Part shown: piece after piece, positions 14,308 to 25,289 of the stretch
How positions within the stretch are numbered: position 1 is the stretch's first letter
Layout: every line of letters starts with the position of its first letter
Source: Convolutriloba macropyga
Taxonomy: Eukaryota
Assembly: GCF_964194025.1 (NCBI RefSeq)
Contig: NC_134474.1
Coordinates: forward strand, 13,330,001-13,394,000
Length of the DNA: 64,000 nucleotides
Direction: 5' to 3'
Made by a program: the position numbers and the translations under genes
The notes under the pieces: model-generated
Database searches by the model: none
Told to the model about the DNA's origin: nothing
What the model saw: only the letters and a program-made list of their open reading frames with translations

Positions 14308-16060
14308 AATACTATCTATACGCTACCCTATAAATGGCCGCAACAACCCTCTAATATAGGATACACTATTTTGCGGTCTGACAAACAGTCTTTTTGAACT
14401 ACTAAAGGAACTATAGCTGTTGTTCCTGGTGACAAATCGTGCGGTAAGTTTTTGAGGAGGAAAAAATTTTTCTCTCAATTTTGTCGGAGGAACCACAGGT
14501 TGTTAAAAATTTCTCGATTTGTGGGGAAAAAAGTTTTAGTCAATTTTGTGCGGTGAGAAAAACTTTTGAAATTTTTGCCATAATTCTTTGGTGGGCAAAA
14601 TTTATGATATATCCAGTTATTTTGTGCGGGGGATAAAAACTTGTTTGAATTTTACAGTTTCTGGAATTATTGAAAAAGTAGTAAAAATTTTGCAATTTCT
14701 GGGTGTCCATAAAGTTGATTTTAAATCTTAAGAAATCTTAAACTCTTTTTCAGTCAAAAAGACTATTCATGGGTTTTTAAGAGACATATAATGACTTACT
14801 TTTTCCTTATTTTAATTTCAGATAAGTTTTATGTAATACATTGACATTAAAACGCAATTGAGTAAAATTTTGGTGGTTTTGATCCAACATCTGGTTTTAA
14901 TTTGATAGTTTTATTGACCAAATTTTATCCCAGATTACTGATTGTGGGAAGATTAGAAAATGAATAAAACTTAAGTGCAGGGCTCCAGATTGAGAATTAT
15001 TGCGTTTGGTATGAAATTTGCAGCGTTAGAGGTGAAAAGAGTGCAACTTTGCATAGAATAAGGAAGAATTATTCGTATGAAGTGAACTAAAATTGATTGC
15101 TGAAAGCTATATGAAATGTTCCAAGAAAATACTGAAAAAGTGTTTGAAAGTGTGCGGTAAAGCAACTCATTTACCAATTTTAAATCATAGGAAAGATGAA
15201 ATCGAGTAAAAATTTGTGTATTTTTAGAGTAAAAAAAGCAATTCCTTTATGCACAAAACACTTTGCATTGTGAATGGCAATTATTTGCAAGTGTTGGCCG
15301 GTAAATTGTGTAACACAAGGTGTTTGGGGGATAATGCAATTGTGATCTTGTAATATAGTGTAAAACATGGGGAAAATTATGAATTATGACAAAATTTTAA
15401 CGGTAAAAACTGATGCCCGAATAAGCCTTACCGCGTAAATTAGGCAAATTGATAGAATGCGCCATCTTTTTTCTGTATATACTAACAAAACTAACTTCAT
15501 TTCATTTTCTGAAGGAAATTCTATTTTTTTCCTTACTTTAATGAACAATTTTCCTGTTCTGCTTTTGTTTTCCTATTAGCTTTATAGAACTAACAATAAA
15601 AAAGCTGTATGTCTACAGTGTTCGTCTATTTTTATGTAATATGGATTCATTTTGCCAACCTCTGCTGGGTTGAAAGCAGGCTGAACATTAATTTTATACT
15701 GGTGCATGTGACAATATATGTTTTTGGTTTTTTGTATCGCAAGTTTTGGTCTTGGCGTTGGCGATAGGTTGGCCGAGTTCTAAGAATTATTATATCTAAT
15801 AGATGGGCCAACATGTGTTTTTTATTACCATAAGCAATTCAGTGAAGTCGTTTCAGCTTCTCTGATTGGTCATTCGATTTTAAGCTTTATAACCGTCTTG
15901 CACTTATTTCAACACGTATTGTTTTATTATCAAAGAAAATGTGTGGTCACAGATTTGAGTTTGTGTTTAAAAAAAGTAGTATGTCGTTGTCTCAAGATTA
16001 TTTTGGTTTCTATTACAATATAGCGCAATCTGAAAAACGGTATATAGTCGCCTGTGTGAA
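14308..16060 (+). repeat. Polinton left TIR (outer end truncated)
   Basis: Block-by-block reverse complement of 25290-27335, e.g. 14370 'tttgcggtctgacaaacagtc' vs 27255 'gactgtttgtcagaccgcaaa', and 15826 'taccataagcaattcagtg' vs 25608 'cactgaattgcttatggta'. Confidence 0.9.
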
Positions 16061-16277
16061 ATTATATGATAAGACAGGAACTTATATATCGCTTAAATTT
16101 TTCAAAAAAAAAACGGAGACAACGACTTTCGTTTCAACCAATAACCCAATCTCTCTGTCCACGAATTGGAGCGAAAGGGAGAAAATATTGATGCTATCAG
16201 AAGAAAAAAATCTTTCAAGGTTTGCGAATGAGCAGAGCAGCTCTGGCAAAATGAAGTTCCAGATGAGAAACCAATAG
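15981..16277 (+). pseudogene. Polinton accessory ORF, possibly a PC4-like ssDNA-binding fold
   Basis: 'MSLSQDYF..RYIVACVKLYDKTGTYISLKFFKK' then, after a frameshift, 'LSVHELE'. Pattern resemblance to PC4 only. Confidence 0.35.
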
Positions 16278-16956
16278 TCAGATTCGTAGCTGCAGATTCA
16301 AAAAATCAAAAAAAAAACTCGGAGAGTGATAAAGAGACTTAAATAGCCAATGAACTTTTGCAATAGTTAGCCTCAACGTGATTCTAATTCTTAAGAAAAC
16401 TTCGCATACAGCCAGCTGAGAAATACAGATCATTGCAAATTTCAACAATTTCCTACCCATGTCATTGCTGCTGTTGATCAACTACTGCACTTTTTCAATG
16501 ATACTTCTTCTAAACCATATAAACTTCCATGTCTCTTCACTTGTTTTCAACCCCTCATTCGTGGGTTTTTTCACAAATTGCATAATGGCGAAGTAATGGA
16601 AAAATCTTAAGAGGCAGTCAGTTTCAACCACCAGCACAATCTAACTGTTTCAAATTCCAAGAAAGAATTACCAAATGTCAAAATGATAATGACACATGAG
16701 GTTCAATCTCGAACTGACTTTTTGCCAAATTGTACAATTGATAGATTTCATAGTATTTATAATGGTGGTTTGTAAGTTGAGCATTCCAAAATACTTGACA
16801 TATTAAATAGTGGCTATGGTAGTTTGCATGTTGATAATAGTTTGATTTTGATAAAATTTGATATGGAAACGAAACTTTTTATACAACAATTCTCTTGTTT
16901 TGTTGTCTTTTAACAAAAAATTTAGCAGTAGAAAATTTAATAAAAATAAAAAAGTA

Positions 16957-17381
16957 TTAGAGCATGTGATTAGCAGAGCGCAGCAAATAATTATTGTTCA
17001 TATTTAACATCAAAGGATATTCGTAACCAAACATCACATGCGCAATAGGAATGCCAAAAACTCCAGAGCGTTTTGAGTTTTGATTTTGAATTGGCCTATG
17101 TTTGACTGTTTGAGTTACTTCATTGTAAATTTTTACCAAATGGCAATAAAATAACTGATAGTTTTGTAAGGGGGATTCCAAGCGGATCTGCCAAAAAAAT
17201 TTTGTTTTCGTGGGACAAAAGAACCATCCAATGACTTCCTGCATGTTGCAATGGTGAAGCAAGGACTATGATGAATCCTGCGCCAGTTAACTTTAAGAAC
17301 TTGTCTGCTGCAAAAACTCCATAAAAAATATTTCAAATGAATACATTTTCCCAAAAGATAGCGTTTTTCATCACTATTCAT
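16957..17381 (-). pseudogene. Adenain-like (C5) cysteine protease remnant
   Basis: Frameshifted 'AGSHWMV', 'ADPLGIP', 'IQNQNSKRSG' (the Q...CG motif with Ser at the Cys position). Confidence 0.85.
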
Positions 17382-18669
17382 CTCTGGGGTAGGTTACATC
17401 TTTTTTCCCGAAATAAGATAAAATGTTGAGCTTCTTTCACCCAGAAATAGAATTTCTACAATGGCTACCAATGCTTCGTCAAATGTAAGTTGAACTGAAA
17501 TTGAGCAATATGTATGTTCTGGATGGATAGAATCTTTAGAAGCCTTTTGCGTTGAAGTTAAGTCAAAAGCTGAAACAAAGTGATTGAGATAGTTGTCCAG
17601 AGTTATGACTTGCCCACTTTTGTCAGGGAAATCTAAGACTTCCTGAGTATTGATGTAAATGCAATGGTTAAATTTGTTGAGACCGGAGTTCCAACATTAG
17701 TTTGACCATTTCTATGAACAACAGTTTGGCTCAAACTAATTTTCTGGTAGTGAAAACGGTTATCGCAATTAGTTCCGAGGTATACTTGATTTGTGAACAT
17801 TGCAATTACCATACGTCTGAATGGTTCTTTCGAAAAAATATCCTCATGGCTCCAACTTCCTTTTGCAATTTTAGCAAAAAAAGTTCGTGGCAACACTTCT
17901 GTATATGGATACACTGCAGGTCTTTTTAGCAGAGTTTTCTCAATTGCCGTCAAAACGTGATACGCTACTGTTATTTATTTAACGCAGAGATTAGTTTCAC
18001 TTTTTTTAAATTTTTAATGTTTGTTGGACTCAAAAATCACAACAAAATTGTTCTTAGACCTTCTTAATGAAATTTGCAATTTGACACCACTACACAAAGT
18101 AAGTGTTTATCACAAGTTAAAATGTCACTCGCCGGCTTTCCGATAAAATAGTTTCTCTGAGAGTCAGCTACAAGAATTCTTCTGGCCACTACATTGTCCG
18201 CGCGACCGCCGGTGCCGTCAATTTTAGCTGGCTCGTCCTCGTAATAAAATCCCTGACAAATCAGCAATGTCTTTTCTGCAGTTTTTATTGACAAAATTTC
18301 CGTTTCAAGATTGCTTTGTGCGCATAGTTTTCGTTTGTGTCGGAAACTTTAACACCATGGATAGATACAGTGCATTCTGAAAATAAAGAAGGTAGTGCGT
18401 TTTTGCTTAGGTTGGTGCGTGTGTATTTGCAGCGTCAGCGCCTGCCCTCTTATCGCCGTCATTGTTTCGGGAGATTTTACATTTGATTTCAAGGAGATCT
18501 TTTTCTAAGTCTAGGAAACTGTTCCTGTCACCCAAAATTTTGAACATAAGCACTGGACCGTTCGGGCAAAATGAGTAAAACCATTGTCAAAATTTATAAG
18601 CAGAGGCTGTTTATCGAACAAATCAAGTGTGGTGTGTGTTGCCTCTGCGGGCAGTAAAGAAGTAATCAT
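17378..18669 (-). pseudogene. Polinton major capsid protein (double jelly-roll) remnant
   Basis: 'MITSLLPAEATHTTLDLFDKQP', 'CQGFYYEDEP', 'SDILTCDKHLL', 'YPYTEVLPRTF...EPFRRMVIAM..NQVYLG...HYQK'. Confidence 0.85.
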
Positions 18670-19024
18670 TTTGAATATTAGAAAAGAAATTTTACCGACT
18701 TCTTGTCAAAAGCTTCTTCTTACGGATGCCTTGACTTCCACTGTTGCTTTCAATTTACGCTTTCTTCTTGCTTTTGATTCGCCCACTTGTTTCCTTACAG
18801 TTTTTTGCACACTCAATTTTTTGCGAGTTTGGATTCTTTTCTTTCTGACTATCTTAAATGGCTCAGGAGCTGCCTGGACAATTAGTTAACGTCCAATCTT
18901 TTTGGCTACAGACCACAAAATTTTACTGGCAATTGGCATTGCAGCCTCAAAAAGCACTGCCTCGTTGGCAAAATTGTCCTTAAAAGTACGGTGAAACTGA
19001 TTGTTGGTGATAGTAGGCTTCCAT
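18665..19024 (-). pseudogene. Basic core-protein-like (PX-type) ORF remnant
   Basis: 'MEAYYHQQSVSPYF*GQFCQRGS...' with a QRGS/G protease-site-like motif and a K/R-rich C-terminus, lying between penton and MCP. Confidence 0.6.
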
Positions 19025-19029
19025 CTAAT

Positions 19030-19867
19030 CAATTTTTGTTCAATCATAGAGTCAAAATAACTTTCCTTGTTTCAGCGAATGGAACCAATTGTCCGGTTTC
19101 TGTCCGCAATTGATATTCTATTGACTGGAATTTTTCGCTGTTAACTTTTTAGTATTCAAAGTTGCTGACAACAATTCTGTGTGTTGGCTCTATTTGGCAT
19201 GGACTACAGTTTTTTAGTCGTTGATTTGAATCACTGACACAAACAGGAGCAGCTTTAGTATCACCTACGTTTTGACATTTGATTATGTTAACGTAAAAAA
19301 ATCAGTTGCTTCCCTGCAGACTAGTTGAAAGGATAATCACCGACAAAAGTTATTTTCTTCGTCATCTGCCATGATCGGATTTTCAAAAGTGTCCAACATC
19401 TTGTATCCAATATGATAACCAAACCCATCATGAATACCAATGAAAAATTTAAGTCTTAAAATTTTGATGTCCCGAGAAGTATTTCCTTTATTTTTACAAA
19501 AAAGAGGAACAAAACTCCATTGATATTGTTATTTTGATAGTAAAAAAGAGATAAACCGGAAGCTGCTTGTATGTATTTCAGAAGATGGTCAAGGTTTTCA
19601 TAAGAATCAACTATCTATGGCCTGGAGACAGCATCATAGTGATAATTTTTCTCAAAAATCTTAAGGCCTTCAGAAGAAAATATGTTTAAATTGTTTTTGT
19701 TCTCTTGATATACTTTTGCCGGGAATACAATTACGCTTATTGCAACTCGCCAAACCCCTTCTAAATTTATTTCTTCATTAAAAAAAATTTTGAATGAGGA
19801 CAATGTGTTTTGAGGAAAAAAAGTTCTTAGAGGCAAATGAAACTAAGTGAACCGTGACTTCAGTCAT
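19030..19867 (-). pseudogene. Polinton minor capsid (penton) remnant
   Basis: 'VHLVS..FPQNTLSSFKIFFNEEINLEGVWRVAISVIVFP' at the N-terminus; 'NVGDTKA' and 'RTETGQLVPF...VILTL' at the C-terminus. Confidence 0.8.
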
Positions 19868-20831
19868 GATTTGTTATTTCACTATCATTGTTTCTTTGTT
19901 TGACCAGTTCTAGTTCATAAACTTTTCTTTTGACTGGTTCCTGAGATGCTTCAAAAAGACTATAAGTAGGGGGATTTGTTGTAGGGTTTCTGTTGTGTTG
20001 AAAGTCCGAAAAACTTTGTTCGCTTATATCCTTTTCTAAAAGGAAGATCCACTTTTGATATTTGCACAAAGTCCCCAACGTAAGATTTTGGTCGCAAAAC
20101 CAGTGTTGCTTGCGCAATAAGATAAATGATAGCAAGTAAGCAACATCGTTCTTGGTCACTTTATTGGGCGCCAATTTCGTTACCCTGTTAACTCTAGAGT
20201 TAAGGGTTTGTACAAATCTCTGCAATTGAATAATATACGAGTATGTCCAATTGTCCTCTAAATACTTTTATATCAAATTCTTTAGCGATCTTATATTTCT
20301 TTCTATAAATGAGAATTTTTTCTTGCAAAAATTTTATAAACATCAAATTCGTTTTTCTGACGCAGAGTTTCGAAAGAGCCCTTAATTTCCTTACCAGCAT
20401 CTACTCACCCTTTTTTTAATTCGTTTGTTTTTTGTCATTATCCAGAATGCATTGGCTGTTAATGGGGGTACTTTGATTTAAAGGGTTCCACGCTTACATA
20501 ACGTGAGAGACAATAAACCGCAACCAACAAGTAGAGTACATCTTTGTTCTCTTTTGCTATCTTATCCACGTGAGCTAAGTCTTGCGAACAAATTTCGTTT
20601 ATTTCGTAGGCAATAACTTTCAGCGTTGGAATTTTTTCTTCTATACTTTTTGTGCTTTGTGTGGGCATTTTTGCCCACCAGATATAATTTCACTCTACTT
20701 GGTTTCAAATTTGTAGTTTTCTGTAGGTTTTGCACGCTTCCGTATGCTGCGGGACCTTTTGTATATTTTAAATCACTTTGAGTTCACTTTGGCAACACTT
20801 TGAGTTCTTTTCCGGATTGCACCTTGAGCAT
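19860..20831 (-). pseudogene. Retroviral-like (rve) integrase remnant
   Basis: 'YTKGPAAYGSVQNL', 'KVIAYEINEICSQDLAHVDK..LLVAVYCLSRY', 'FVQTLNSRVNRVTKLAPNKV', 'TNPPTYSL'. Confidence 0.88.
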
Positions 20832-21328
20832 TGCTGTTGATCACCAAGTCTGTCTGCTTTTATGTTTAGAGCCTCAAGAATCTTAAAATAATCTAGATTA
20901 CTTAGTTTTTTTGTTGATTGTTGCAAATCATAGAGAAGAATTGGAACATTTATACCGGTTGTTTTTCCGTAAACAAAAAAATTTTGATTTTCCTCTGTTA
21001 CAATCTTTTTTTTAACTCTTTAATGAGGTTTACTACTTTCTCCCTCCATGTAAATTTTGCTGGCACTAGGACGTTAAGAGTTTGAAGAATTTTGATGGCA
21101 ATTTTTTTTTTGACAACACAGTGGGATCAGTTGTTTCCCTTGTATCCTAAGTCTCCCAGTACTCTTTATTACTGTTTTCATTTGGTTGCATACGGTACAA
21201 AAACGAAAAATGAGCACAGGTATGCTGAACACTGGGATCATTTAGAACTTGTGAGGAATACTGTTGCTCTTTCATAAACTTATTTTCGGGAATCAAAGTA
21301 ATTTTTTCTGCAGTTGACATTGTTCAAC

Positions 21329-21616
21329 TCAAAGGAAAAAAAAACAAAATTTATTAATGAGTTGGATCACTTCGAAACCAGTTTTTGTTAGAAAAAGCGC
21401 TCGTCGTGTAGCCTTATTCTTAAGAGCACTTTCAAATATTTGTCTACATGTTTCTAAGTCTTTTACTTTTACTCTGACATGACCCAGTAAAACATTGTGA
21501 CGATATTCGCATAAAACCAGTGTAACAACACTATCACAACTACACGAGCATTTCATTTGCTGTTTTGGTTGCAAATGCAACATTTGCTTCAGTATAGATA
21601 ATTTTATCTCTCTCAT
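21329..21616 (-). pseudogene. Small Polinton ORF of unknown function
   Basis: Open frame 'MREIKLSILKQM...LCEYRHNVLLGHV...' between the ATPase and integrase. Confidence 0.4.
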
Positions 21617-22194
21617 TGTTTCGAGGGGTTGTTTCTGCTTTATCAGATGGACGATAGAGCACTGTAGGACCTGGCTCAGTAATATTTGAACTAAGTCGTA
21701 AACAATCAGAAATTTTGGATCAAGATCACTAAGCAAATGTTTTGAAAACTTAACAAGGTTTAACTGCTTGCCTAAAAATTTGACTTGTTGAATATCGCGG
21801 GCAGTTTTGAACAAATTTTTTTTTGATGTGTTCCAGTCTATTGTACAAGACAACTTGCTCTGCTGATAATGATTGTGTTTTTTTTGCAAATATTATCAAT
21901 ATGTTCGATAGAGGCCAATTTAACAAAATTTTTGTCGTTATAACTTCCTTCGCTTGAGTCGTCAGGATCAATTTTATTCAAAAATTCTAAATTAGCATCT
22001 TTTTACTTAAAATAATTCGAAAAAGTTTTTGTTCCATTTTGATGTATATTTGTTGCATTTCCTGGTATAAAAATATAATGTGGTTTAATTTTGCGTAAAA
22101 TGGGTTTTCATTCAACAATTTGAAAATAAACTGTGTTTTGCTTCAATCTGAAGGCCATAAAGACAATATCTTGCGTAGATAAAATTTTATTCAT
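21540..22194 (-). pseudogene. A32/FtsK-like packaging ATPase remnant
   Basis: Decayed Walker A 'WPSD*SKT', decayed Walker B region, then 'KHNHYQQSK..TID.N...LFKTARDIQQVKFLGKQL', 'DLDP'. Confidence 0.8.
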
Positions 22195-22466
22195 AGTCTT
22201 GGATTTGGTAAAATGTATCAATTTAAACTTGACAATATGGATATCCAAAATGAAGCTTTTTAAAAATTTGATTTTAAGACGTTTAACTTGACACTACAAA
22301 GTGATTTTAACAATAATATAAGAAACATACGTACAAAAAATGCAACTTTTGATTGTGGCAAAGTTGTTTGGTCACAAAATTTCCAAGAAAAAATGCTACT
22401 CTTTTCTTTTTCAAAAAAATTTTCCACGCTAACAGCGTCAATTTGATCATTTGTTACTCCTTCCAT
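22190..22466 (-). pseudogene. Small predicted membrane protein of the Polinton
   Basis: 'WKFCDQTTLPQSKVAFF' plus a hydrophobic stretch, then 'WISILSS...YILPNPRL' abutting the ATPase start. Confidence 0.55.
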
Positions 22467-22989
22467 CTCAACACAAAATAAAACTTGTTATAATACTATG
22501 AATTTGATATCAGTTCACATAAAACAACCCATAGCAATTGAACTCAATTAGAACGTCTTTCATATGAACCATAAATCACTCAGAAAGGCTCTCATTGTTG
22601 TCATAATGAACAATTTTTTTGCAGTCTTTCTTCCTCCACCAAATATTGAATCTCTTTTTGGCATTTTTTGGCAAAGATCGTGTTTGCCTTTTTCGTAACA
22701 ACTGGGTGCTTGAACATCAGTAAGAGTTTCAGAGGACAGTACCTGGATTGAGATTTTGACATTCTGCTTTCACCACTGAGGAAAACGTTCAATATAATGT
22801 ACTAAGTGAGTGGAAGACAAATTTTGTCCTCAAGCAGCAACCATTTATTTTTCACGGTAAAAACTGATATCCGGATTTTATGGTTTTGTCTTTGGAATTT
22901 AAAAGACTCAGATTCCCGTCCCCGTAATAAGGCACTAATTGTTGAACTACTCAGTGACAGGGGTACCTCCACTTTTGTCAATGCTTCTC

Positions 22990-23263
22990 TCATTGGTTAA
23001 CTGGTTGAAATAGAAAATGAATTATTCGTGTAAGAAAATTATAGGGTTAATTTCCTCTGTTTCAATCAATACCGTGCAAATTTCAAATCAACCAACTGAG
23101 AAATTGCTTTTGTTGAGTGGTTAACTCAGCATAACTTGTTGTTGGTAAAAATGACACAATCAAGGTATTCCTCAGTACAAATAACAAACTTTTTAACAAT
23201 AATTTTTCCCTTTCTTTGAGGAAATTGCTCAATGTCTAACACAACTGTTTTGCTGATCAGCAT
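22990..23263 (-). pseudogene. DnaQ/DEDD-like exonuclease-fold Polinton ORF remnant
   Basis: 'VVLDIEQF...IVKK' then 'FLP...WL..NLHGI...PY'. Confidence 0.45.
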
Positions 23264-23949
23264 TCCAATAAGTGAAAAAATGACGGATGAAAAATCTTTA
23301 TATATAAGCAAAATAATATTCCCGGCAAATGACCGCTGAAACAGTTTCTGCATTTCCACGAAAGCATATAAAACAACCAGGTCCTTGGTTATATATTTCA
23401 TATATGAAACCACCTGCATCGTGTAAAAAAACATGCAATTGTAAAATTTTTGATACTTTTATATACCTGTCGTGAGACAATTTGTCGATGGCAATTACAG
23501 CACCATACGGACGCAACTATAAAGCAATATCAAGATCAAGGCAGTCCAATTCGCTAAAATATTCACTTGCTGGCAGGAAATAGTTTAATCTTATTGATTT
23601 TTCAAGATAAGATATGGAAATGGACAAGTATTTTTAGTGAATGTTTTCCGAACAGTTTCTACAAACAACTGGTTGATCAATACGCATGCGAAGTCGTTTT
23701 TTACTTACCAAACTGCAACCCAACAAAGTTTTTAATGGTTTTCTTGGAGGAATCTAAACCATTTACTACTAACAATCCTTAAACAACGAGTGAAAAAGAT
23801 TTAGTAATTCTAAGAAAAGCGACAGATTAACTTATAGAGTTCCGAACAGATAGAGTTCCGAATTTTATTATGTTAACCACTAAAAATTCATAACTGCAAT
23901 GCTAACTGCATGTTTCTTCTTGTTTGTCCACGAATTCTTCAATTGGTTA

Positions 23950-24650
23950 TGATAAGACGTGACGTAGAACAACGCATTCATGCTCTCTGTAGTTGCTCGT
24001 CTTTCGCCTTAACTGACATATGATTAACTTTCAAAATTTGCTGATTTTTGATTGGCTAAAATAAAACCAAATACTTACAAGTATTGAACTCTACGTGACA
24101 AGTGTAGTTTTGAGCTATTCCTAGAAGCAATACGCGTAAACATGTAGGAAAAAAATCCAACACAAACGATTTTTTCCATTAATACTTGCATATTGTTTGA
24201 TTGCTCATCAAAACCAAATCATTGCTCTACAACTGAAACTTAAAATGGTATTCAAACTATTTTCACAGTCTTTCTTCATTTCTGTTTCTCTTTCTTCTCT
24301 ATTGTTAACAATCTAATTATTCTCAAATCTTGACTTCAAATAACTATTATAGCAAAACTTATATAAACTGATACTCAATTCTTATCTTTTAAAACAAAAA
24401 GTGTTATCCTTTGATTATATATAAAAAAGCTGACCAAAAATTTTCACGACTTGATAAATCACTACAATTGATTATATTCAACATTGTCTTCAATGTTTGA
24501 ACATGTCTCAGGTGGCAATTATTTTGAAAGAAGAGTTCAATCCCGATTTGAGAACAATAGCAAATAAAAATTAACAAGAGAAAGACGTGACTCTTAAACA
24601 AGAGTTGCGGGACAATGAGTAGAGTGCTTTTAACCACATGGCGCTAACAA
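23950..24650 (-). mobile_element. Possible highly decayed LINE 3' fragment inside the Polinton
   Basis: 'KALYSLSRN' and 'ICYCSQI' resemble the post-RT region of the LINE at ~49400-49510 ('ISYACQVW'). Confidence 0.3.
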
Positions 24651-25289
24651 TTGTAATTTTTGACAACATCTAATCATTCAAATTTGAAAAGACGGTGATG
24701 AAAAATGCACAGTACATGATCGATCATGTTACCGGCTACGTAAGATAATTTGTGTTTAATCCAAAGACAATAGACGAAAATGAGAGGAAGTTTTGTATGA
24801 CTGTGATATCAAAATGATTCCTCTATACAAATATCAGGAAGGTTACTGGAAGGACCTGGTAATTATTGATAGTTTTTGGCGGATTCCAACCAGCTCCGAC
24901 AGTCCAGGATTTACAGTTTCCCCTCGACCAGACTCAACGCCGACTCACTCAACTACCCAGGTAGCGGAAGTTCCCATAATTGCCATCAGCAGTCCTGAGA
25001 ATCCACCAGTGAGCCTTTTCTTTGCTCCAAAGAAACAAAAACTTGATATCAACTACAAGATCTCAATTAAAGACATTGTTTCTTTTTTCTGAGTTCTTCT
25101 AGTGTTGAAATTATTTTGTGTTCGTTTGTTCTTTAGTTCTTTTGAAGTTATTTTGTGTTTTTTTGGTCCTTTTTCCGATGTTATTAAGCCTCACATTTCT
25201 TTCTCCTTTTATTCTCAACGCACAATGTGCCATTTTAAATTGAATTTTTGCTTCCACATCAGTTTTATTTTTTAAACAGTGAACAGTAT

